This document shows positions 1 to 9,515 of a DNA stretch of 64,000 nucleotides, in pieces. The DNA lies in sequence record DRR378314_109. One strand, given 5' to 3'. Position 1 is the stretch's first letter; the number at the start of each line of letters is the position of its first letter. Under the pieces are notes generated by a model. It saw only the letters and a list, made by a program, of their open reading frames with translations, ran no database searches and was not told the origin of the DNA. Made by a program: the position numbers and the translations under genes.

Positions 1-561
1 TTCCCACTGGTCGTTGGTGCCCATCGCCATTGGAATGTAGTTGCCGTCTTCCTTGAACGCATCCAGAACGGCAAAGAACTCTTCTTCCGTCTTCGGGACA
101 TCAACGCCAACTTCCGCAAATGCGTCCTTGTTGTAGATGAAGCCGTGGATCACCGATGCCATCGGAACGCAGAACTGCACAGAGGCGTCATCAGTAGACC
201 AGCCGGATTTGGACACGGCAGAGAAATTCCCCATGCCTTCGATCGCTGTGATGTCTGCCAGATGGCCCGCCTCAAACAGAGCAAGCGAGGCATCGAACGG
301 GCGACATGTGATGATGTCACCAGCAGAACCCGCATCCAGTTTGGAGTTCAGCACCGCGTTGTACTCTGCGGGGGCGGAGGGGGTGAAATTCAGTTTGATA
401 CCGGGATGCGCGGCCTCGAACGCGGGAATGATCTTATCCTGCCAGATGGCAAGGTCATCATTGCGCCAGCTTTCAATCGTCAGCGTGACGTCCTCGGCGG
501 CCGCGGTGCCGGCAACAAAAGTTGACGCCATCAGCAAGCTGATTAGGTTTGATTTTTTCAT
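1..561 (-). CDS. Carbohydrate ABC transporter substrate-binding protein (3' end runs off the window)
   Basis: Not in ORF track. Manual translation: MKKSNLISLLMASTFVAGTAAA|EDVTLTIESWRNDD...CVPMASVIHGFIYNKDAF; signal peptide, SBP_bac_1-like; GGGAGA RBS; directly downstream of murQ. Confidence 0.85.
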   Translation of the reverse strand, partial: MKKSNLISLLMASTFVAGTAAAEDVTLTIESWRNDDLAIWQDKIIPAFEAAHPGIKLNFTPSAPAEYNAVLNSKLDAGSAGDIITCRPFDASLALFEAGHLADITAIEGMGNFSAVSKSGWSTDDASVQFCVPMASVIHGFIYNKDAFAEVGVDVPKTEEEFFAVLDAFKEDGNYIPMAMGTNDQWE

Positions 562-571
562 GGTCTTCTCC

Positions 572-1477
572 CTAGTTAGATTTTTTTGGTTTGGTTGGTT
601 TTAGTGTCGCAATACAGGGCCCAAGGCGCCCGTCATTGCTGTGTAGCGCCGCTTGCGCAGCATCAAGAGATGCGCCTGCCGCCACCAGAATTGCAGCCTT
701 GGTATTGCCGCTTGTTTGTTCCAGCGCATCTCGTGCATCCTGACCCGAGACCTGGGCAATCTGCGAAACAATCGCCGCGGCGCGCTGCACAAGCTTTGCA
801 TTGTCGGCAACCAGATTGACCATCAGACCTTGATATACATGGCCCAATTTGACCCCCATCAGTGAGGACATCAGGTTAAGCGCAACTTTCTGTGCTGTCG
901 CCCCGCCCAAACGTGTTGATCCGGCGATGATCTCTGGCGGTGTTTCAAGGCAGATCTTGATGTCAGCGAGGTTCAGCAGCTCTGTCGAGGGGTTGTTTGC
1001 AATACCGATGACAGTGCCGCCACTTGTCTTGATGGATCGCGCCGCCGCAACCGCGTAGGGTGTGGTGCCGCTGGCGCTGAGGATAAGGGCCACATCCCCC
1101 TTGCTGGTGGTGCGGCCAATGCTTTCAGCCTTGTCTGTTTCATCTTCTGTGTTGCCGGGCATGTATCCTGTAGTTGGGACACCGCCGGCCATATGAATTT
1201 GAACGATGTCACCAGAAATTCCGAAGGTGCCGCAAAGTTCGCAAGCATCTGCAAGGGCCATCAAGCCAGAGCTGCCTGCCGCGACATAAATCAGTGACTT
1301 CCCGTCGCGTACAGCCTGCGCCATCGCATCGGCACCTGCATCTATTTCCTTGGGGATCGCGGAGACTGCCCCGGCTGCCGCCTGTTGGGCGTTGACAAAC
1401 GCATCGATGGCCTTGGCTGGTGACATTTCGTCAAAAGCCTCTCCATTTGCACGCTTTTCGGTCTTTGGCAGCAGCAT
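572..1477 (-). CDS. murQ: N-acetylmuramic acid 6-phosphate etherase
   Basis: AGSSG, SASGTTPY, PEIIAGSTRLGGATAQKVALN, GHVYQGLMVNL motifs. Confidence 0.85.
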   Translation of the reverse strand: MLLPKTEKRANGEAFDEMSPAKAIDAFVNAQQAAAGAVSAIPKEIDAGADAMAQAVRDGKSLIYVAAGSSGLMALADACELCGTFGISGDIVQIHMAGGVPTTGYMPGNTEDETDKAESIGRTTSKGDVALILSASGTTPYAVAAARSIKTSGGTVIGIANNPSTELLNLADIKICLETPPEIIAGSTRLGGATAQKVALNLMSSLMGVKLGHVYQGLMVNLVADNAKLVQRAAAIVSQIAQVSGQDARDALEQTSGNTKAAILVAAGASLDAAQAALHSNDGRLGPCIATLKPTKPKKSN

Positions 1478-1499
1478 TTGATTCTCCCTCTGTAGACTT

Positions 1500-1628
1500 A
1501 ATACCTTTTAGATACCTTTTGTCTACCATTTACTTTCCGTTTCTCTAATTTTGAGGAAAATAGCGCTAACATCGCTGAATTTGTTAAATTGGCTCTATCA
1601 TTTTAAGAATAGGTATCATAAAGGTATT
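1500..1628. promoter_or_regulatory. Tandem GGTAT-type direct repeats (~11-bp period) in divergent promoter, probable NagQ operators
   Basis: aatacctttt/gatacctttt/ctaccattt at 1500-1531; aataggtatc/taaaggtatt at 1608-1628. Confidence 0.55.
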
Positions 1629-1630
1629 AT

Positions 1631-2524
1631 ATGTATTGCCCATCACAACCCCTTCTTATCGGCGTTGACGGCGGCGGCACCGGGTGCCGCGTTGCCATTG
1701 GGACTCATGTAGAAGGTGTGCTGGGCCGTGCGGAGGGTGGCAGTGCAAATGCGACCTCCAACTTTGAAAAAACCATAGAAAACGTAACTTCAACAGTGGA
1801 GAAGGCGGTGGTTGCGGCTGGTATCTCCCTTGAGGTTTTATCTGATGCCCACGCACATCTTGGGCTTGCCGGGGCGATTTCGGATGAAGACAAGCTGCGG
1901 GTTTCCAGGGCGCTGCCCTATGCCGAATCTGTTGTGACGGATGACCGTGCAACAACGGTCTTTGGGGCTCTGCGCGGGGATGACGGATATGTTGTATCGG
2001 TTGGCACGGGTACGATTGTGGGCGGCAGCACGGCCGGTGCGTTCCGGTTTGTCGGGGGTTGGGGGTTTCAGGTGTCGGATCACGGCTCGGGTGCCTGGCT
2101 GGGCCGCAATATCCTTGAGCAGGTCCTGTTGGGCTATGATGGCCTTCTGGAATCTTCTGCTCTGACGGAGACTGTGTTTTCTCGATTTGATAACGACCCG
2201 AGCAAGATTGTTGCCTTTTGCAGGACCGCGACACCGGGGGCATTTGCTACATTGGCTCCGGCCATTGTCGCGGGCGCGGGCCGTGGTGATCCGATTGGGA
2301 AGGACCTGATGGCGCGCGGGGCAGGGTATCTGATGCAGGGGCTCGTCCGGCTTGGATTTCAGGCGGGGGATAGCCTCTGTCTGATTGGCGGCCTTGGACC
2401 ACATTACGCTGACTATTTCACCGCCGGTTCTCTGAAAGGGCACATTCCTGCCAAGGGAAGTGCATTGGACGGGGCCTTTGCGCTGGCGCGATCTGGTAAA
2501 ACCAAACTGCGGGGACATAAATGA
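1631..2524 (+). CDS. nagK: BadF/BadG/BcrA/BcrD-family N-acetylglucosamine kinase
   Basis: GVDGGGTGCR, VGTGT, GGWGFQVSDHGSGAWLGR motifs; nag context. Confidence 0.8.
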   Translation: MYCPSQPLLIGVDGGGTGCRVAIGTHVEGVLGRAEGGSANATSNFEKTIENVTSTVEKAVVAAGISLEVLSDAHAHLGLAGAISDEDKLRVSRALPYAESVVTDDRATTVFGALRGDDGYVVSVGTGTIVGGSTAGAFRFVGGWGFQVSDHGSGAWLGRNILEQVLLGYDGLLESSALTETVFSRFDNDPSKIVAFCRTATPGAFATLAPAIVAGAGRGDPIGKDLMARGAGYLMQGLVRLGFQAGDSLCLIGGLGPHYADYFTAGSLKGHIPAKGSALDGAFALARSGKTKLRGHK

Positions 2525-3282
2525 CAGGTATTGTAGAATTCCTTGAGCCGCAGAAGTGGCTGCGGGCAAACGGCGGCCCGCGCTATGTTCAATTGCGCAA
2601 ACGGCTGAGTGAAGGGGTAGAGCAAGGTATTCTGGAGGCGGGCACACCGCTGCCGCCTGAACGGGAGATTGCCACCATTACCGATCTGTCCCGCGTCACC
2701 GTCCGAAAGGCCATTCATGCGCTGGCCGAGGACGGGACAATTGTTCAGAAACAGGGATCCGGTTCCTTTGTCGCCTTTGACACGCCAAAGATAGAGCAAT
2801 CCCTGTCCCGTCTGACTTCGTTTAGTGAGGATATGTCGCGGCGCGGCATGGTTTCTTCAAGCGTGTGGCTGGAGCGCGGCATCATGATGCCCTCCCCGGA
2901 GGAGGTGTTGGCGCTCGCTTTGTCGCCGGATGCCTCGGTCGCGCGTATTTCGCGGCTGCGCATGGCTGATGACAAACCAATGGCGATTGAACGCGCCTCG
3001 CTTTCCACTGAAATGTTGCCAAACCCCTTGCTGGTTGAAACCTCTCTTTACGAGGTTTTGGGCAAGGCGGGCCTGCGCCCGGTGCGCGCGTTGCAGAAAA
3101 TTTCGGCGATCAACCTGCAAGCGGACAATGCCGCGCTTCTTGATGTGGAACCCGGAATGGCCGGCCTGCGGATCGAACGCACGTCTTATCTTGCTGACGG
3201 GCGCATCGTTGAATTCACCCAATCCATCTATCGCGGAGACGCCTACAATTTTGTAGCGGAACTTCGCCTTGCCAAAGAATAG
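2521..3282 (+). CDS. nagQ: GntR/HutC (UTRA) regulator of GlcNAc utilisation
   Basis: LPPERE...SRVTVRKA...QGSGSFV HTH; LTSFSEDM and YRGDAY UTRA domain; operon position. Confidence 0.8.
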   Translation: MTGIVEFLEPQKWLRANGGPRYVQLRKRLSEGVEQGILEAGTPLPPEREIATITDLSRVTVRKAIHALAEDGTIVQKQGSGSFVAFDTPKIEQSLSRLTSFSEDMSRRGMVSSSVWLERGIMMPSPEEVLALALSPDASVARISRLRMADDKPMAIERASLSTEMLPNPLLVETSLYEVLGKAGLRPVRALQKISAINLQADNAALLDVEPGMAGLRIERTSYLADGRIVEFTQSIYRGDAYNFVAELRLAKE

Positions 3283-3292
3283 GACCGCCCAA

Positions 3293-4324
3293 ATGACGAC
3301 CGCTGAAACCCAAATGCGCCGTGAAGTGCTGGAAATTCCCGCTGCTGTAGACCGGCTTTTGCAGAACGGCGGCGACGATGTGCGCCGTGCGGCAGAGGCG
3401 CTGCGCGACAGATCCCCCGCCTTTATGGTGAGTGTTGCACGCGGGTCTTCCGACCATGTTGCGACATATTTGAAATACGCCTCTGAACTGTTGATGGGGG
3501 TTCCGATTGCGTCGATTGGGCCTTCCATCGCGTCAATCTATCAGCGCGAGCTCAACCTTAAAGGCGCTGCCTGTCTGTCAGTTTCGCAATCCGGGAAAAG
3601 CCCGGACATTGTTGAAATGGCGCGGATGGCGCGGGCCGGCGGTGCCTTGTCCATCGCGATGACAAATGATCCTGACAGCCCGCTGGCCAAGACGGCTGAT
3701 CATACGCTTAATCTACATGCAGGGCCGGAAATCAGCGTTGCGGCGACCAAGACCTTTGTCAATTCTGCTGTTGCGGGGATCTGGTTGCTGGCCGAATGGG
3801 CGCAAGATGACGCGCTGCGCGCTGCAATCTATGATTTGCCGACATTGCTTGAAAAGGCGGTTCATATTGATTGGGCCGAGGCCCGAGCGGCCGTTGCTGA
3901 GCGCAACTCTGTGTTCTGCCTTGGCCGGGGTCCGGCCTTTGCTATCTCCAACGAAGCGGCGTTGAAGTTCAAGGAGACCTGCCAGATCCATGCGGAATCT
4001 TATTCCTCCGCCGAGGTGCTGCACGGGCCGGTATCCATCGTCGACGGGGGCTTCCCAGTGATCGCCTTTGCGGCAAACGACGCGGCAGAGGAGCCTCTGG
4101 CCGAAGTCGCGGATGCGCTTGCTGCCAAAGGGGCTACGGTTTTCGCAACCAGCCCGAAAGCCACACAGGCGATCTCTCTTCCCACCACACGGACCGGCCA
4201 TGCGTTGACGGACCCGATTACATTGGTGGCAAGTTTTTATGCTTTGGTTGAACGCACCGCAGCCTCTCGTGGCATCAACCCCGACACACCGCGCCACCTC
4301 AAAAAAGTGACCGAAACGATATGA
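3293..4324 (+). CDS. SIS-domain glucosamine-6-phosphate deaminase (NagB-II, GlmS C-terminal-like)
   Basis: ARGSSDH, SQSGKSPD, AGPEISVAATKT, EAALKFKE, HGP, PRHLKKVT; start at ATG after AGGA. Confidence 0.85.
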   Translation: MTTAETQMRREVLEIPAAVDRLLQNGGDDVRRAAEALRDRSPAFMVSVARGSSDHVATYLKYASELLMGVPIASIGPSIASIYQRELNLKGAACLSVSQSGKSPDIVEMARMARAGGALSIAMTNDPDSPLAKTADHTLNLHAGPEISVAATKTFVNSAVAGIWLLAEWAQDDALRAAIYDLPTLLEKAVHIDWAEARAAVAERNSVFCLGRGPAFAISNEAALKFKETCQIHAESYSSAEVLHGPVSIVDGGFPVIAFAANDAAEEPLAEVADALAAKGATVFATSPKATQAISLPTTRTGHALTDPITLVASFYALVERTAASRGINPDTPRHLKKVTETI

Positions 4325-5457
4325 GCCGCACAGTCAAAGCCTATATCGGTGCCACGATTTACGACGGCCAAAACCTGTTTGAAAAACATGCCCTGATGGT
4401 TGATTCAGACGGGCAGGTGAGCGTGCAGCCGCAAGGTGCTTTACCACAGGGCTGTCCAAGGGTGGCCATGGACGGTGGCGTGATTGCACCCGGATTTGTC
4501 GACCTTCAGGTGAATGGTGGCGGTGGGGTAATGTTCAATGACGATCAATCGATCAATGCATTGCGCGCCATCGCCGAGGCCCATGCCACGACTGGCACAT
4601 GTGGTATCCTGCCCACGTTGATCACCGATACCCCGGAGAAAACCAGCGCAGCAATCAAAGCTGTGGAAGCCGCAATCGCTGAAAAACTGCCCGGTATCAT
4701 CGGCATCCACCTTGAGGGGCCGCATTTGTCCATTGCCCGGAAAGGCGCCCATGATCCCAATCTGATCCGCGCCATGACGGAGGATGATCTGGCGCTGATG
4801 CTTGACGCCGCTGAGCGGATTGCAAACGTCATGGTCACAGTCGCACCCGAGAACACAACGCTTGCTCAGATCAAAACAATGGCTGATGCGGGTATCATCG
4901 TTTCCTTGGGCCATACGGATGCTGATATGGAGACCTGCCATGCTGCATTCGACGCCGGGGCACGATGTGTGACCCATCTGTTTAATGCGATGAGTCAATT
5001 GGGGAACCGCGAACCGGGGCTGGTTGGTGCCACGCTTTCACGTCCCGAGGTCTATGCAGGCTTGATCGCTGACGCTATCCATGTCCACCCGGACACGATG
5101 CGGATTGCACTTGCGGCCAAGCCCAAGTCAGAGCGCATTTTTCTGGTCACTGACGCCATGGCCACTGCAGGCTCTGCTATCGATCGATTTTCGATCAACG
5201 GACGTGATGTCTTCCGCAAAAACCAACGTTTGACCTTGGCGGATGGCACGCTTGCAGGGGCTGATCTGACCATGCCCCGCGCGGTCGAGGTCATGATGGA
5301 AGCTGTAGGTGACGACCTTTCCCAAGCGATCAAACGTGCAACTTCAACCCCGGTTGATCTTCTGCGCGAACCGGGATCATTGGGCGGGTTTTCCGGCATG
5401 TTCCCCGCGGTGCAATATCTGAAAAAGGGGTCTTCCCGCCCGGTGGTGCTTTCATAG
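4321..5457 (+). CDS. nagA: N-acetylglucosamine-6-phosphate deacetylase
   Basis: PGFVDLQVNG, HLEGP, GHT, THLFNAM, DAIHVHP, TDAM, GTLAG motifs. Confidence 0.92.
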   Translation: MSRTVKAYIGATIYDGQNLFEKHALMVDSDGQVSVQPQGALPQGCPRVAMDGGVIAPGFVDLQVNGGGGVMFNDDQSINALRAIAEAHATTGTCGILPTLITDTPEKTSAAIKAVEAAIAEKLPGIIGIHLEGPHLSIARKGAHDPNLIRAMTEDDLALMLDAAERIANVMVTVAPENTTLAQIKTMADAGIIVSLGHTDADMETCHAAFDAGARCVTHLFNAMSQLGNREPGLVGATLSRPEVYAGLIADAIHVHPDTMRIALAAKPKSERIFLVTDAMATAGSAIDRFSINGRDVFRKNQRLTLADGTLAGADLTMPRAVEVMMEAVGDDLSQAIKRATSTPVDLLREPGSLGGFSGMFPAVQYLKKGSSRPVVLS

Positions 5458-5592
5458 TGTTGAAAGCCGCCTTTTCCGGGGGGGAAGGTTTCCTCTAGAG
5501 TTTTGCGAAAAACTTGGATCACCCAACGCTGCCTTAAATAGGCGTTTTCAGTGTGTTGAGTGATATATTGTGCCAGGTTTCGTCGAAATGCT

Positions 5593-5991
5593 TTAGGTCA
5601 GTGGTTTGTAGGCGATGGCGTCAATTTCGACTTTGGCATCGACCATGATTTGTGATCGTACGGTGGAACGTGCCGGGCCGCCATTTGGGAAATAGCTGGC
5701 GTATACTCGGTTAAAGGTCCAGAAATCGCGCGGGTCATCAAGCCACACACCAACTTTTGCCACATCGTCCAATGTGCAATCTGCAAGTGCCAGCGCCGCA
5801 ATCAGGTTTTCCATTGTACGTCTGGTCTGGCTTTCGATACCGCCATCTTCGATTTCACCATTTTCTTTCATGGCGACCTGTCCAGAGATAAAGATCAGGT
5901 CCCCGGCGCGCACCGCCGGAGAGAAAGGCAAGGGCTGCCCACCAGCACCTGTGCGGTCCGCGCCGATGCGTTCAATCGTTTTTTGTGTCAT
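5593..5991 (-). CDS. RidA/YjgF family enamine/imine deaminase
   Basis: PFSPAV, ISGQ, FNRVYASYF, PARSTV (catalytic Arg present), VEIDAIA; start MTQKT overlaps kinase stop. Confidence 0.9.
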   Translation of the reverse strand: MTQKTIERIGADRTGAGGQPLPFSPAVRAGDLIFISGQVAMKENGEIEDGGIESQTRRTMENLIAALALADCTLDDVAKVGVWLDDPRDFWTFNRVYASYFPNGGPARSTVRSQIMVDAKVEIDAIAYKPLT

Positions 5992-6902
5992 GCTGTTTGA
6001 TCCTTCAGTTTTTGAATGTCGTCTGGGTAGGGTATCGGCGCAACCGCACCGAACCCGGTTGTGGAAACTGCGGCACCTGCGTTGGCTGTGCGGGCCGCCT
6101 CTTCCGGGTGTAAGCCTCGCAGCAGGCCGGACAGGAATACGCCGTTGAAACAATCACCCGCGCCGGTGGCATCCACTGCGTTGACCTTAAATGCGGGCAG
6201 GGTCGCGATTGCGTCACCAGTGGAAACCGCCACACCGGCGCTGCCCAGTGTCAGCGCAACCACACGGGCACCAAGAGAATGATAAAACCCGATGATCTCA
6301 TCCGGGGCGTGTAACCCGGTCAACCGGCGGGCATCGTCCAGCCCGGGTAGGGCAATATCGCAAAGGGTCATGGCCTCATGGGTGACCTGACGGGCCTGTT
6401 CCAGCGGCCAGAGTTGCTCTCTCAGGTTGGGATCAAAGGCAACTTGCACATTGTTTTTGCCAGCAAGTGACATGGCATCAAAGGTGGCCGCGCGCATTGA
6501 CCCGCTTACCGCCAAGCCGATGGCGGATGTATAGAATATGCCTGCGCCCAGGATGGCCTGTTCGGGCATGTCACCGCTGTCGATCCGGCTGCAAGCAGAG
6601 CCCCGGCGGCGATAGGTGAAATGATGCCCGTCCTCATCATGGTGCACAAAATACAGCCCGGTATCCTGCCCCTCAATCGCCCGGACAAAGGTGGTTTCGA
6701 CCTTCTCACGGTGCCAAAGGGTGATTAGATCCTTCCCGAACCTGTCCGCGCCCACATGGGTGATCATCCCGGTGCGCGTGCCCTGTCGCGCCGCAGCAAT
6801 GGCAACGTTGGACACATCACCACCAAACCCCATTTGGTACAGCCCGTTCGCCTGCCCATTCAATTCAATGAGCGGTTCGCCCAGACAAATAAGATCGCTC
6901 AT
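5988..6902 (-). CDS. PfkB-family sugar kinase, 2-keto-3-deoxygluconate kinase-like
   Basis: GEPLIE, GGDVSNVA, TGLYF, FDPNLR, DATGAGDCF. Confidence 0.8.
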   Translation of the reverse strand: MSDLICLGEPLIELNGQANGLYQMGFGGDVSNVAIAAARQGTRTGMITHVGADRFGKDLITLWHREKVETTFVRAIEGQDTGLYFVHHDEDGHHFTYRRRGSACSRIDSGDMPEQAILGAGIFYTSAIGLAVSGSMRAATFDAMSLAGKNNVQVAFDPNLREQLWPLEQARQVTHEAMTLCDIALPGLDDARRLTGLHAPDEIIGFYHSLGARVVALTLGSAGVAVSTGDAIATLPAFKVNAVDATGAGDCFNGVFLSGLLRGLHPEEAARTANAGAAVSTTGFGAVAPIPYPDDIQKLKDQTA

Positions 6903-6908
6903 GGTCAG

Positions 6909-7964
6909 CTACCAAACCTTGCCACGGGCCGTGACGGATTGCGGGCCAATACAGGTGTCGCCCCGGACCAATATCACCTGATCAAGCATATTGCTGACCA
7001 CACAGGCGTGGTTCGGGACAATGCGGATGCGGCTGCCAACAGCAAGGTTGATGTTATCGGCCGTCAGAACCCCATGTTCTTCTGACAATCCGGCGATTGT
7101 AATGTCCGGGCGCCCAAGTACATGACCATTACCATTCAGGCCTAGCAAATCCGAGGTCAGAACCTTGGTGCCACAATCAATCACCGCGCGGTCATGGGCG
7201 GGAACAGAGATCACCGTCGCCAACACCGTAAGGGCACAATCCGCCCAGTCGCAGACGCCCCGCACCTGAAGGGAGCGGTCGTTGTAGATATAGGTCCCGA
7301 TCCGGTATTCCGTGGCAATTGATACATTCTGGGCCTGCCACATTCCCGGAGAGCCGCCGTTGGATATAACCGATGCTTTCAAACCGCAGTTTGCCAGCGC
7401 GTCCACCGCTTCGTTTAACCAGCTCTGAACCTTTTGATCCGCCCCCACAGGTGGATAGGTCATAAGCCCCGCGAACCGCAGCCCGGCCAGCCTGTCAATG
7501 TAGTCTGCCAACCCTGCGGCTTCCTCTGGTGAGGTAACCCCGCATCTTCCCGCCCCTGTGTCACATTCAACGAGCACATCAAGAGGGGTTTGCGCATCGG
7601 CGAAGGCACCACTCAGCCCGTCGGCAACGCTGCGGTTGTCCGCAACCACCGACAGGGTAACCTTATCTGCCAGCCTGCGCAGCCGTTTCAGTTTGCCTGC
7701 GCCGATGATGTTGAAGGTGATCAAGACATCAGAAATACCACCTTCGGAAATCATCGCCTCGGCTTCACTGACCTTTTGGCAGGTAATGCCAATAGCCCCG
7801 GCTGCGATTTGAGCCTGCGCGAGCATCGGTAGTTTATGGGTCTTGATATGCGGACGCAGTTTAAGGCCGTGATGATCACAATGGGCCTGAAACTTCCTGA
7901 TGTTGGCCTCTGCGACGTCGAGGTCAATCAGGACAGCGGGGGTATCAATTTGCGTAAACATCAT
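6909..7964 (-). CDS. Fold-type III PLP enzyme, D-serine dehydratase/D-threonine aldolase (DSD1) family
   Basis: LRPHIKTHK PLP-lysine motif, GRCG, SEEHG, PNHAC metal ligands. Confidence 0.88.
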   Translation of the reverse strand: MMFTQIDTPAVLIDLDVAEANIRKFQAHCDHHGLKLRPHIKTHKLPMLAQAQIAAGAIGITCQKVSEAEAMISEGGISDVLITFNIIGAGKLKRLRRLADKVTLSVVADNRSVADGLSGAFADAQTPLDVLVECDTGAGRCGVTSPEEAAGLADYIDRLAGLRFAGLMTYPPVGADQKVQSWLNEAVDALANCGLKASVISNGGSPGMWQAQNVSIATEYRIGTYIYNDRSLQVRGVCDWADCALTVLATVISVPAHDRAVIDCGTKVLTSDLLGLNGNGHVLGRPDITIAGLSEEHGVLTADNINLAVGSRIRIVPNHACVVSNMLDQVILVRGDTCIGPQSVTARGKVW

Positions 7965-9427
7965 ACGACCTCTTCCGGGAAGGGGGTGTCAACAATGGGC
8001 CAGATGGCCCGTATCAGACGGGTGTATTTGGTCTTTGCCGGGTCGTTCGGATAGGGTCCGTCTACAGCGGCATAGAGGATATCAGCCGCCACTTTCGCAA
8101 AGGCACCGTGGAAATGATTGGTGGATTTGACGATCAGGATCTTACGAGAGGCCGGATCAATGCCCAGATTGGAAAACAGATCAGGGGAAAACGCCTGTGC
8201 CCGATTGGAGTTCAACACGACGTCAATCCCGCCCAGCCTTACCACGGCGCAATCCCCTAAGGGTACGATTGAACTGCCAAAACTCTGAACAGCGTTCTTT
8301 GCAACATTTTGAACAGTGACGGTGGCATCGATCGGGGCGCCCGCATGCGCGGATGTTTTGCCGCCAAAGCGCAGGTCCAGCTGCGCACCAACACCGGCAG
8401 CGTGACACAGGCGCACCGCCATCGGATCCCAGATCGTACCCAAGGCGACAGAGGTCAGGCTCATTTCCAATGCTGTGCGCAGCATGATTGTTGAATCCCC
8501 CGCGACGCCGCCACCGGGATTGTCCCAGACATCGGCAACAACAACCGGTCCCGCCTTTGCTTTTGCCGCTTTTGTCAGCGCGTCTGAAACACTTAGGAAA
8601 TCCGGTTTTGTTGTCCCCCTGAATGAAAACAATTCTTCTCCCAGTTCACGGGCAATCCTGTCACCCTTGGCTTTATCCTTGTCTGTGACAACAATCGTCT
8701 TGGCACCCAGATCGGGGGAATCTCCGGCCATAAACCCGTGAATTGCGGAGGTTGAAAGAACCTCGCCCGCTGCCTCAAGTGCTTTCATTCTGTCCACAAA
8801 ACCACGCATCGGGGCGCGGCTTGTCGGCAGAACATCAATCATTCGCACATCAAAAACCGACAGGACGGGCGAAATCTCACCCCGTGCCGCCCGCAGTGTC
8901 AGGTCAACACAGGCTTCGCCGGTTTCGACAAAATCCGTATGGGGAAACTCTTTGAAAACAGTGACCACATCAGCATTCTTTACCCGTCGGTCACTCAGAT
9001 GGCTGTGTGGGTCGAATGTCACGCCAATGCGGGTTGATGGGCCCGTAATCTGGCGGACAGCTTCGATCAGCTCGCCCTCGCAGTCAACATGTCCCTCGGC
9101 GATCATGGCCCCGTGGAGCCCCAGAACAACAGCGTCGACGGGTAGGGCGGCGCGCAGTTGCTCCAGCACTTCATCGCGCAGATGGATCCAAGTGGATTTG
9201 TTCACCAGCCCGCCAGGCTCTGCCCAGGTTGCGGTGCCTTCTATCAGGTCAATTTCACCCGCAGCAGCACGTGATCTGAGAGCGGGAAACACTGCGCTGC
9301 ATAATGTTGGTGTGTCGGGATGCGCGCCGGGGGGCGCATAAAAGCTCTGGGTGAAATCGGAAAAATCCGTGCGCAGAGGTGAAAACGTGTTGGTTTCCGT
9401 AGCGATTGAAGCACAAAAGACCCGCAT
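7961..9427 (-). CDS. M81-family metallopeptidase/amidohydrolase (MlrC-like)
   Basis: ETNTFSP, LHGAM, DPHSH, FPHTD, DNPGGG, VKSTNHF; start MRVFCAS after AAGGAAG. Confidence 0.88.
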   Translation of the reverse strand: MRVFCASIATETNTFSPLRTDFSDFTQSFYAPPGAHPDTPTLCSAVFPALRSRAAAGEIDLIEGTATWAEPGGLVNKSTWIHLRDEVLEQLRAALPVDAVVLGLHGAMIAEGHVDCEGELIEAVRQITGPSTRIGVTFDPHSHLSDRRVKNADVVTVFKEFPHTDFVETGEACVDLTLRAARGEISPVLSVFDVRMIDVLPTSRAPMRGFVDRMKALEAAGEVLSTSAIHGFMAGDSPDLGAKTIVVTDKDKAKGDRIARELGEELFSFRGTTKPDFLSVSDALTKAAKAKAGPVVVADVWDNPGGGVAGDSTIMLRTALEMSLTSVALGTIWDPMAVRLCHAAGVGAQLDLRFGGKTSAHAGAPIDATVTVQNVAKNAVQSFGSSIVPLGDCAVVRLGGIDVVLNSNRAQAFSPDLFSNLGIDPASRKILIVKSTNHFHGAFAKVAADILYAAVDGPYPNDPAKTKYTRLIRAIWPIVDTPFPEEVV

Positions 9428-9515
9428 TAAGACTTCCTTGAGAGAGAAACTTGTCGGGCAAACAAACACTGTTCGCCCGACCTGCCGGCCATCTGTTGAC
9501 AGCCGGAGGGAGGTA

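Noticed and set aside
7961-9427. Microcystin degradation (mlrC)
   Set aside because: No mlrA, mlrB or mlrD nearby; M81 homologs are widespread and the context points to sugar-acid metabolism
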